This document shows positions 1 through 9,600 of a stretch of DNA of 64,000 bases, piece after piece. The notes under the pieces were generated by a model. It did no database searches. It saw only the letters and a list, made by a program, of their open reading frames with translations, and was not told the DNA's origin. Every line of letters begins with the position of its first letter. Position 1 is the stretch's first letter. The stretch lies in NCBI GenBank assembly GCA_016188455.1, contig JACPHR010000010.1:3655-67654 (forward strand), in the 5' to 3' direction. A program made the translations under genes and the position numbers. Origin of the DNA: Candidatus Tayloriibacteriota bacterium (lineage in GTDB: Bacteria; Patescibacteriota; Minisyncoccia; Phycocordibacterales; SIBU01).

Positions 1-11
1 ATTTAATTCAC

Positions 12-40
12 TTGCCAACGAGCATGCTCAATGCTATACT
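12..40 (+). promoter_or_regulatory. sigma70 promoter (TTGCCA-N17-TATACT, extended -10 TG)
   Basis: -35 at 12-17, -10 at 35-40, 17-nt spacer; points at a small hairpin RNA and the toxin 3' end. Confidence 0.7.
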
Positions 41-46
41 CTCCAC

Positions 47-96
47 ATTAGGGCTTCGGCCTCCGAGGACCCCGCAGAAATGCGGGGTCCGATTTG
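47..96 (+). ncRNA. candidate ~50-nt structured small RNA convergent with PemK-like toxin
   Basis: GGGC-TTCG-GCCT hairpin (51-62) and 10-bp GGACCCCGCA-GAAA-TGCGGGGTCC hairpin (67-90) directly after the promoter. Confidence 0.5.
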
Positions 97-480
97 TTAT
101 AGTGATTTTATCCACACTTTTTTCAATTCATCAAACATGGCTTCATTGAGCACGCCGACTTTGCGCGATAATCTTTTGTTACTTATCACTCGCATTTGAG
201 TCAACTTCACCCAGGTAGTCTTATCTTCGGACTGAATTTTGTGATGGAAACGGTCATCTTTTGGTTTAGTAGTTAATGGTAAAATAACCATCGTCTCCTT
301 GTTATATACTTTCATGACAATAACCGGCCGTTCAAAACTTTCGTTTTTACCGTCAATCTCTGCTCCAAGGTTTACCCCAAGCGAACACCACCATATCTCT
401 CGCGGGTACGCATATTTTTGCGTTAAAGCTTTTTCGAGTTCTTTTTTATTTTCATTCCACTTATCAAAATTTTTAAGCAT
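97..480 (-). CDS. PemK/MazF-family toxin (orphan)
   Basis: REIWWCSLGVNLGAEIDGK..RPVIV..LPLTT..QMRVISNKRL matches the PemK/MazF pattern. Confidence 0.85.
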   Translation of the reverse strand: MLKNFDKWNENKKELEKALTQKYAYPREIWWCSLGVNLGAEIDGKNESFERPVIVMKVYNKETMVILPLTTKPKDDRFHHKIQSEDKTTWVKLTQMRVISNKRLSRKVGVLNEAMFDELKKVWIKSL

Positions 481-543
481 ATACCTTTTCTTTTCGATTA
501 ATAATTCAAAACCAAACTCTACTCATGTGCTCCATATTCCATG

Positions 544-2193
544 CTATGCGCTCTGTGTCCGATTGATATGCTCCCACTCGTAATTCCTAATGGCGCCGAC
601 TTTTTTGCCGGGGTTGAAAATGTTTAGGGGGTCAAAAATACGCTTGGTTTCTTCAAAAAGCTCGATTATCTCCGGAGAGTACATCAAAGGCAAAAAGGAG
701 CTGCGAATCAAGCCGTCGTTGTGCTCGCCACTAATGGTGCCTTTGAAATTTAAAACCAGCCGATAGACCTTGTCGGTAAGTTCTTTGATAATTGCCAGGC
801 TTTCCGGTTTGCTCAGGTTCATCAAGGGAATAATGTGGAAATTGCCGTCGCCCACGTGCCCCGCCACCGTGTAAGTGATTGGGTACTTGGAAAGGATGGC
901 GTTGAGCTTCGGCAGAAACTCCGGCAAAAATTCCGGCCGCACCACGAAGTCGTCAATGAAGGGCGCGGTGCGGAGATTCCTCATGTGCTGGCGCAGGAGA
1001 TTGAAACTCTCGCGCCTGAAAGTCCAGTATTTTTTGGCCTCGGCTTCGTCGCGGGCGATTTTGGTTTTCAGGCCGAAAGGCAAAAGGGATTCTTGGGCGG
1101 CGGCGGCCTTGGCCGCCGCCGCCTCTTGCGTGTCCGCCGTAAACTCGGCAATCAAAATGAGCTTGGGCACGCCGCCGGTAAGCGCCATAAAAAACTCCGG
1201 CAAAAATTGAATCGCCAGTTTGAGCAAACTGCCGTTTAATTTTTTGACAATGGCCGGAAAAAGCTTGAGCGCCACTTTGAGCGTGTGGTCGTCAAACGAT
1301 TCAAAACTTTCGGGCTGGAATTGAAGGACATGGTTGGTAATTTCGGCGAGCGGCCGCAGACTAGGCAAAAACATGATAAGCAAGGACGAGAAAGGCTTGG
1401 GCGCCACCAGCCGAAACTTCACTTCGGTAATGATGCCGAGAGTGCCCTGCGAGCCGACAATGAGCTTGGTCAGGTCAAAAAGGCCTTTTTCTTTGTCGTA
1501 AACGTTCCAAAGAAAGTAACCGGCCGAATTTTTTGAAACCGCCGGCTTGGCTTTTTTCAGAAGGTCGTAATTTTTAACGACCAGCTCAAACATTTGCCGG
1601 CAGACTTCGCCGAAAAAATCCCGCCGGCCGCGCGCTTTTTCCAATTCCGGAATAGTGAGTGGCTGAAAAACGTATTCCCCGCCGTCCGAGAGGACCGTCT
1701 TCACCTGCCGGACGTAATTTTCGGTTTTGCCGTAGGTCAGAGTTTTCTCGCCGCCGGCGTTATTGGCCACCATGCCTCCCACGGTGCAAAGGTCGCGCGA
1801 AGCCGGATAGGAAGGCATCCAAAGGCCGCGCTTCAAAGTTTCCCGCTCAAAATCGCGGTAGTAAACGCCCGGCTCGGTGACGGCGTAGCCCGCGCCCACT
1901 GCTTTGACGTGATTAAAATGCGGCAAAAAATCCACTACGATTGATTCGGTCAAAGGTCCGCCGGTCATATCGGTGCCGGCCGAGCGGACAGTGAGAGAAA
2001 TTTTCCCGCCCTCCCGCTTCTTTCTGGCGGCAAAGGCCACCAAGTTTTTAACGTCATAAACATCCCGCGGCGCCACGACCAGAGCCGGTTTGACTTCAAA
2101 AATACTGGCGTCGTGACTGGCTGCCGCGAGCGTTTTTTCGTCTGAGCGCACTTCGCCTTTGAAAAATTTTTTTATTTCAGGCGCGTAATCCAT
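544..2193 (-). CDS. FAD-linked oxidoreductase, GlcD/D-lactate dehydrogenase family
   Basis: HDAS, RSAGT, TVGGMVANNAGG, GSQGTLGII, GHVGDGNFH, SGEHNDG, DPLNIFNPGK; start moved to ATG 2193. Confidence 0.9.
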   Translation of the reverse strand: MDYAPEIKKFFKGEVRSDEKTLAAASHDASIFEVKPALVVAPRDVYDVKNLVAFAARKKREGGKISLTVRSAGTDMTGGPLTESIVVDFLPHFNHVKAVGAGYAVTEPGVYYRDFERETLKRGLWMPSYPASRDLCTVGGMVANNAGGEKTLTYGKTENYVRQVKTVLSDGGEYVFQPLTIPELEKARGRRDFFGEVCRQMFELVVKNYDLLKKAKPAVSKNSAGYFLWNVYDKEKGLFDLTKLIVGSQGTLGIITEVKFRLVAPKPFSSLLIMFLPSLRPLAEITNHVLQFQPESFESFDDHTLKVALKLFPAIVKKLNGSLLKLAIQFLPEFFMALTGGVPKLILIAEFTADTQEAAAAKAAAAQESLLPFGLKTKIARDEAEAKKYWTFRRESFNLLRQHMRNLRTAPFIDDFVVRPEFLPEFLPKLNAILSKYPITYTVAGHVGDGNFHIIPLMNLSKPESLAIIKELTDKVYRLVLNFKGTISGEHNDGLIRSSFLPLMYSPEIIELFEETKRIFDPLNIFNPGKKVGAIRNYEWEHINRTQSA

Positions 2194-2210
2194 AAGGTAA
2201 ACATACCAAT

Positions 2211-2303
2211 CTACTAATACATACAAATCTGCGAATAACTACGAATAAGAAAAGGCCGAATTAGCAGTTATTAGTAGTATTAGTATAATTCGTATATTAG
2301 TAT
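2211..2303. repeat. degenerate ACGAAT/ATTCGT inverted repeat family (also ~47920-48095, 50345-50447, 53646-53766, 54010-54110)
   Basis: ctactaat..gcgaataactacgaat ... ttattagtagtattag..attcgtatattagtat recurring in intergenic regions. Confidence 0.7.
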
Positions 2304-2307
2304 GACG

Positions 2308-3060
2308 CTAGCTTATCATTTTGCTTATGGCGGCGAGAGTTTCTTCCGGGCCGGAAACTTGAAGGGTGTCGCACACGCCGATGACGGAGTCGTCATTGCC
2401 GCCGGAAAAAAGGGCGTCGCCTATATAGATGGAATCTTCAGTCTTCCAGCCGTAAAACTTCATGAGCTGGGAAATGTTATAGCCTTTATTTTTACCCCGA
2501 CGAAAATAGTCAAAGGATGTCGTGCCGCCGATTTTAACCTCGAGTGTCTTGGACGAAAAGGGAATTTTTTCAAGAATACTGGTGCGCAATTCCACCTTCG
2601 GGTCAAAACGCTCTTTGCGCGTCAGTTCCGCGTTGTGGCCGACAAGGCTGAAGGTAATCTGACAGCCACGGTCTTGAACAAGGTCGTGCTCGTCAACGTC
2701 AACGAACAATTCTTTGAATTGGCGGCGAATGAGGCCAATGTGCTCCATCATTTCTCTTTTTTCGCCCTCCGACAAATTGTTCCTCCATAAATCTTTGCGG
2801 TCCTTGGCCACGGCGTAATTGCCGTTTTGCGCCAACACAAAGACTTTACCGCTAAAATCAACGCCGACTTGCTTCCAAATTTGCTCAATCTGGGCGCCGG
2901 AAACCACGACCACGTCTTTGGTCGCGCACAACTTGAAAAGCGCCGCTTTCATTTGAGGCTCAATCAGCGTCCGGCTGCGGGTCAATGTTTTATCCACGTC
3001 AAAAAAAACATGCTTGTAAATTTTGCCTTGCGAATCCAAAACCGCGTTGAAGTTTTTCAT
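2308..3060 (-). CDS. HAD-IIB hydrolase, phosphomannomutase (PMM/Sec53)-like
   Basis: DVDKTLT motif I, QNG, DRGCQITFS, GGTTSFD, GDALFSGGND. Confidence 0.85.
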   Translation of the reverse strand: MKNFNAVLDSQGKIYKHVFFDVDKTLTRSRTLIEPQMKAALFKLCATKDVVVVSGAQIEQIWKQVGVDFSGKVFVLAQNGNYAVAKDRKDLWRNNLSEGEKREMMEHIGLIRRQFKELFVDVDEHDLVQDRGCQITFSLVGHNAELTRKERFDPKVELRTSILEKIPFSSKTLEVKIGGTTSFDYFRRGKNKGYNISQLMKFYGWKTEDSIYIGDALFSGGNDDSVIGVCDTLQVSGPEETLAAISKMIS

Positions 3061-3140
3061 AATCTAAAGTATAGCAGAGGTATAGACTGCCACAAAACTG
3101 ATTACTCACCGTAAAAATTGCTTTAAAGTTGATTTTTCCA

Positions 3141-3180
3141 AAGTTGAAGTTTTCAACATATGCGGATTAAATAAACTTAG
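3141..3180 (+). repeat. 40-bp dispersed repeat, copy 1 (copy 2 at 40896-40935)
   Basis: AAGTTGAA-N4-TCAACATATGCGGATTAAATAAACT-N-AG, 36/40 identical. Confidence 0.8.
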
Positions 3181-3288
3181 GAAAATGCGTTTCCCTATTC
3201 GTGTGTTTCTATTCGTTAAAACTATTCGCATGCCAATGTCTGAATTATTCGTGTGGGCGTATTTGTAACGCTATTCGCATGCCAAATT

Positions 3289-3316
3289 TTGACTCTGAAA
3301 CAACTTGCCGTATAAT
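3289..3316 (+). promoter_or_regulatory. sigma70 promoter TTGACT-N16-TATAAT
   Basis: near-consensus boxes 30 nt upstream of the glutaredoxin ATG. Confidence 0.7.
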
Positions 3317-3346
3317 GCTATGACTTATCATAAAATTTCAACCGCC

Positions 3347-3583
3347 ATGCGTAGCGTAACAATTTACAGCACCCCCACCTGCCACTTCTGCCACCTGGCC
3401 AAGGATTTTTTCAAGCTAAACAACATCGCTTACACCGATAAAAACGCCGCGGCCGACCCGGTGGCCCGCAAAGAAGCCATCACCAAATCTGGCCAGATGG
3501 GCGTGCCGGTCATTGATATTGACGGCGCTATTGTGGTCGGTTTTGACGAGCCGAAATTACGCAAGCTTTTGGAAATAAATTAG
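3347..3583 (+). CDS. NrdH/glutaredoxin-like protein
   Basis: IYSTPTCHFC, SGQMGVPVIDIDG..VGFD. Confidence 0.9.
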   Translation: MRSVTIYSTPTCHFCHLAKDFFKLNNIAYTDKNAAADPVARKEAITKSGQMGVPVIDIDGAIVVGFDEPKLRKLLEIN

Positions 3584-3606
3584 AAACCTGCTGTTGCACG
3601 GCCACG

Positions 3607-3645
3607 AGAACCACTCCGTCCCGCACTGCGGGACGGAGTGGTTCT
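3607..3645. terminator. 19-bp-arm inverted repeat between convergent genes
   Basis: AGAACCACTCCGTCCCGCA-C-TGCGGGACGGAGTGGTTCT. Confidence 0.7.
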
Positions 3646-3685
3646 GCTTTCCTAAATTCTGCCTATTCCCTAACCCCATCCTCTC

Positions 3686-6600
3686 CTACCGCGCTGTGGA
3701 GCTATTCAGTTGCTTCTGAAGTTCTTGGACGCGCTTGATGGCCTCATCAATTTGTTTCTCCAAAGCTTCCCGCGCCGCTTTTGAAGCGCTGGAAGCTCCT
3801 GCTGAAGTTTCCACCGTGGCGGCGGGCGCACTGGCCGCGCTCATCGCTTTGAGTTGAGCCCGGGTTTTAGGACCAACATCACCATAGCCGCTGTCTCCCG
3901 GATTGGCAATACCATATTTCACTTGGAATCGGCCGACTGCCCTTTGAGTGGCCGGGCCGAAGAAGCCGGTGGCATCGCCTTCAGGGTACAGCTCTTTGTC
4001 TGCCGAAAGGAATATCTGCAAAGCTTTCACGTCATCCCCTCTGGCGCCGCGAACGAGGCCCCGAGTGATGTTCGGCGCGCCGGCGGAGACTCCGGACGAT
4101 GGTGTCGGAGCGGCAGGAGGGGCCGCCGGAACTTGAGCGTTTTCCTTGAAGACTTCATTAATCTTTGCCCGAGTGGCCGGACCGAGTTTGCCCGCGCCAG
4201 CCGACTTTTCACTCTTGATTACTCCGTGCTTTAGCTGAAAGGCCTTAAGCGCTTTTTCAGTCAGAGGACCAAAGAAACCGGTTTGTTCAACGGCTATGAG
4301 AGCCTGCAGACGTTTGACATCCTCCCCTCGGGCTCCACGGGTCAGGTCTTTATTGAAGACCGGGGAAACCAAGCGGGCGGTCGCGGATGCTTGCGCTACT
4401 GACGCCGCCGGTACGGTAACGGCCGCCGGCGCCGGGGTTGAGGTTTTAAACTTCTTGTCAAGCTCCGCTATCTTGGCCGCCGCGCCGACTTCGTCAAGAT
4501 AGACTACCGTACCGTCAGGATAAATCTTTTGGGCGCGTGGGGCAGGAGCGCCAGTACCGCCGCCTCCGCCGCCGCCAGGGGCGGCATTGCCGGCGTTGGC
4601 CGACACCGTGGCGCTCACCGCGCTTGAGGCGGCTGATTCTGAGGCGCCGCTAGATTTGTAAGCCGAAATCTTGTAGTAGTAGGTGGTGCCGGCCGTTACT
4701 GACGTATTGGAATAACTAAGAGTGCTGCCTCCCGATATGTTGGCGAGAAGGGGGAACGAGCCGGTAGAGCTGGTGTCTCTGTAGATGTAGTAACCCTCGG
4801 CGGTGGAAACCGTTCCCCATGAAAGCGCAATGGGGCTGCCGTCCGTCACTCCGGCAGTGGCCGTGAGGCCGCCGGGCGTATCGGGCGGCGAAACGCCGAC
4901 TTGAGACGACAGAGCGTAGGCCGAGAAGTGGGTGCCTTGGGCGGCAAAGGTTACGGATGAGACATTGGAAAGGTCGGCGGAGGGCGACGCCACGGCGGCA
5001 CCGGTGGAATCTTTATAGGTCGGCACGGTAGAAAGCGTTTCCCAGTCTCCCTTGTCGGCGCTGTACGACATTACGGTAAGCTTGTTGACTGCGGTTGTGC
5101 TGGTAATGCTGGAAGAAGTAAGTTCCGCCTTGGTGTAGGTCAATTCAATATCGGCTTTCTTGCCGGTCTGGAGGTTCGTCACCTGACTGCCGCCCGAGAA
5201 GGCGCTGATATCCTTGGCTTTGCTCCCGATAATGTTGACACTGGAGGTGTTCGGATAGTTGCTGGTTTCCTTGGCCGTGATATAAGAGCTGTTGCCTGAA
5301 GCGCCCAAGGCGTTGGCGTCAAGATTGACCTTGGTGTTGACGGAAGCGTCAGAAAACGAACCGGCAGAAGTGTCCGTGAAAGTATTTGAGGTAGCAAGCT
5401 TGGACGAAAGCGAGGATGCCGTCGTGAGCGCCACATTGATGCCGGTTTGGGAACTGTTAACGGTAACCGGATTGGAAGCGGAAGCTCCTTCCGCATAGCC
5501 GTCGGCGGCGGCAAAGACTCTCCAGTTGCCCGGAGTGACGTTTAAGGTATAGGCGCCGCTAGTATCAGTTTGGGTAATCGCCTGGCCGCCGCCGATTTTA
5601 CCGGCGCGGACGAAGGAATTGGCCGCCGCCACGCCTCCGGCCGTGACCGTGCCGGAAATCGTAAGCGAGGATGCCGTCATAATGAAGTTTTGAGTGGTGG
5701 TGCCTGAAACCGTCACCGTTACGGGTGAAGCGACGTATTGGGGTTTGGATACCAGTACTTGGTAGGTGCCGTTCACGGCCTTAATGCTGTAACCGCCGGT
5801 GGAAGTGGCCTGGGCGCCGAACTGCACGCCATTCGTCTGGTCAACGAACTGAATCCAAGCGCCGTCAAGTTCGTTGCCGGCCGTGGCCGCTGTTTTGTAG
5901 ACCGTGCCCGCAATGTTGCTCAAGGCCGCGCCGGTGGACGAAGTGTTGACGGTAATTTTGACCGCTTCGGTGGCATGGCTAACGGAGAGATTGCCGCTTG
6001 ATACGGTGGTCTGCGCGCCGTCTGAGGCCACGGAAATGTTTGCCGGCGGAATACCTTGAATGTAGGCCCGGATGGAAGGCGTGGTGCTTGAAGCGATTAA
6101 GAGCGAGGTGGTTGAAGCGTTGGTAATTTCAATGTGGTTGCCCAAGCCGGTGGTTTTGTCAAAGAGGTCAACGAAGGCCTTGGAGACGACCAGCGGGTTG
6201 CCGTCTGAGTCCTTGATGGTGAAGTTGACGGTGCTCCGAACCGGTACGCGGATGTACTGATTGGTTGATGAAGCGCTGAGGTCAATGGTACCGATAGCCG
6301 TACCCGCGCTGTTATACGCCGCAAGCCTGCCGTAGGACGGCGAGAAGATGTCTCTGATGGTATAGCCACTGGCGGATGGCACGCGGATGGAGAAGGCTCC
6401 GTCAGCGCCTGAAACGCCTTCGTTGACGCTGGTGCTGTTGGAAAGACGGATGACGGCGCCGACAATGGCCTCGGTGGTGGTGGCGTACTTGTTGTTGTCA
6501 TCCAAATCCTCGTAGATATTGCCAGAGTAAATACTGAAACTTTGACTGGAGGAGGGGGCGAAGTTGATACTGGACTGGCTCGCGCCGGCAATGGTGACAG

Positions 6601-9600
6601 TTTGCTCGGCCATCGGTCCGAAACCGGGGATAAACGAGTTGACTTTCCAGGTGGTTGGATTGGCCGCAGTTCCATCCACATAAAGCGTGTAGTTGCCGGT
6701 GGAAGAATCAGTCATGGCATCGGCGCGGCCCGGGCCGTCGGTGCGATAGGCGAAGACCGGCGCGTTGCCCACTGGGTTAGTGCCGTCCGTCACTTGGCCG
6801 GTGATGGTGTACCCCGGCTTGACCATTTTAAGGATGAAAGGATTGGCGCCGCTTGAACCGGTGGAGGCGGTCGGAGAACCGTCAATATAGAATACGTCAG
6901 TTCCGGATGAGTCCATGACTACCGTTACTTTTTTGGATTCGCCGATACCGGGCGAGTAAGCGCCAACCACATAGGAACCGGCCACCACTTTAATGGAGAA
7001 CGTTCCTGAAGTTGAAGTTTGGGTGTTGCCGCCCAAACCGCCGCCGCTATCCGTGTTGGGCGAGAAAGCGAAGACCATGGCGTTCGCTATGGAATTGCCG
7101 CTGCCGTCTTTGAGCACGCCGGAGATGGTTTTATTGGCGGTGGAAATCGTAAAGGTATTTGATGTGGTCGCGAAGCTGTTAACGCTTGATACGCAAGCGC
7201 TTGGACAGCCGGTTACCGTCACATTTATCGCTTTTGGCATAGACCAATTCGGCATGGGAGGCGGGCCACTGAAGCCGCCAGATGTGCCTTTCGGCATGGC
7301 GGGTCCGATACCGATGCCCCAGCTGCCGTTAAACTGCGGAATGGGAATGACGGTCAGAGTTGAAGCCGTCAGAGCCGAAGCGCCGGGCGTAACGGTGCGC
7401 ACCACGAATTGTCCGGGACCGCCGGCGAAGACGTCCACATTTTCGGTCGCCGTAAAGGTATTGGCCGCCGCGGTCAGCCTGACCGTGAAGTTAATGGCGG
7501 ACGAGGTCGCCGTCAGCGCAAAGTTCCTGGTGATGATGGAAGAAGAGGTAGCCTGCACCGGCGTGGGCATGGTGTTGCCGAAGAAGGCGGTGGTAGTAGC
7601 GCCATCGGCATCGCTTACCCCGCTTACAAACGGGTCAGTAAAGAGCATGTAGTGGCTGCCGCCGCCGAAATTGTTCGTCAGAAACTGCGAACCGACAGGC
7701 AGGTTGGAGAAGGTGAAGAGGCCGGTTGAGTCAGTGACGGCGTCAATCGGTCCGGTCTGGGGAGACATTAGGTGAATGGTCGCTCCCGTCAAGTTGCCGC
7801 CGTTGCCCGAAACTGTGCCTCGGATAGTGGTCACCGCTCCGCCGCCGGCCGCGCCGCCGCCGATGTAGATGGGATTGCCGCTGAACGACTCAAGAAGCGT
7901 GCCGTCCGATTTCTTTGATTTAATGTCAAGCACATAGCCGGAGCTGTCCATGCCTTTCGGAATGGAAGGATTGACCATGTCCGCGAGCGAGAATTTAAGG
8001 AAATCATGTTCATCGTTGCCGCTCTTCCTGGTGCCGGTAATGCCGGAACCGGTGGCCTTGAGCGTCAAGGTGATGGTCTTGGCAGTCGAGCTCGTCGCGA
8101 TAGCACTGATGCCGATAGTGCCGTCGCTTGAGCCGTTGATATCGCTGTTGACGGAGGCGAGGAAGGGATTCTTGGCAGAAGTGGTGGCGACGCAACAAAG
8201 GCCAAAGTCGGAACTGGAAGGGAGGGTAATCACGATGCTGCCGCCGTCGTCAATCTGTTTGGCAACCGGAAGCTCAAAGGAATAGGTGGAAGAGGCGCTG
8301 ATGAAGCTGGTAGAAGGCCTGATTGAGACGGGGGGCATGAAGCCGATGCCCGAAGCGCTGAAATCCTTAATCTCGCCGAAGGTGGTGCCGGTAAAGCTTC
8401 CGGGGCCCACAAATCCGCCGGTGCCGCCGGCACCGGTGGCCGAAGAAACGGTGCAGGAACCGCTCATGGGCGCCGTAGTCGTCAAGTTCCCCGACATGTC
8501 CTTAATGTTTGTCGCCGATACCGTAACGGCGGCGCCGGAGGTAAGGCGGAGCCCCGAGAGTTTGGCTGTGCGGGTGCTTTCATCATAAGTAAGAGTGTGT
8601 CCCGCCAGCGCCGAAAGCGTCTGGGCTACTCCGCCCACCGTCAAGGTGTAGTTGGCAAGGGTGGTAGCGTCGGTTTTATTAACTGCTTCGCTGAAAGTCA
8701 CAGCGACCGTGAACTCGTCGGCGTTGACAAAGAGGATGGCCGGCCCGCTGATATCGCTGTTGGCCGCCTCAACCGTCCATGACCTGGTGACATTCGCGGC
8801 CAGAGCCGTGCCGGAAATATTTTTGAGCGCGCCGCCTTTGAGAGTCAGAACTATCGTTTGGCCGACAGGCAGCACGTTGCTTGCCGTGAAGTGGCCCTCT
8901 TTGGAAACCGGGTCGTAGCGAACGCTGCCGGGAAGGTTGGCCCCGCCGGAAATGCCCAGAGTGACGGCTCCGGAGGTGGCCGTGGCTGAGTCAATGTTGT
9001 CGTCAAAGGTGAAGACAAAGTCGTTGGTGTTTGCCGCGATGGTCGTGCTTGGAGTCGGCAATACGCCCACAATCGTCGGTGCCGTGGCATCCGTGCTGCC
9101 GCCAGTGGTAAAGGTGGTGGTGTATGCCGTTGACAGGGCAATGCCCTGGAGAGTGCGCACGCCGGTCCCGACAGTGAGAGTGTATTGGGTGTTAGCGGCC
9201 ACAGTCCCGCGAATGCCCGCTGAAAGGATATTTTTGCCGGTTGAAGTGCTAAAACTGAAACTGCCAAGCGTCAGGCCACCGGAGAGAAAAATGTTGGTGT
9301 TGGTGAAGGTCGTGGTGTCCATCGTTGACTGGTTGAACTCAATCGTGGTGGTGCCTATATTAGTCGGCACATTCTGCGAGCCGCGGAAAGGCGAAGCTCC
9401 CATGACCGCCGGCGGCGTCACGTTGGCCGAGGTAAAACCGGCCGCGCCGGTGGTAAAGGTCGCGGTATAAGACTGACTGCCCGGCGTAAAGCCGTCTTGG
9501 TCCAAAGCGTTGCCGGATAGGTCATAGACGTTTGAAGTAACGGTGAAAGTGTAGGAAGTATTGGCCGACAGAGAAGCGGTCAGGTTGCATTTGGCGGACG

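Noticed and set aside
6993-9470. Long antisense ORFs inside the surface protein and other genes
   Set aside because: Shadow ORFs from codon bias; no recognisable motifs
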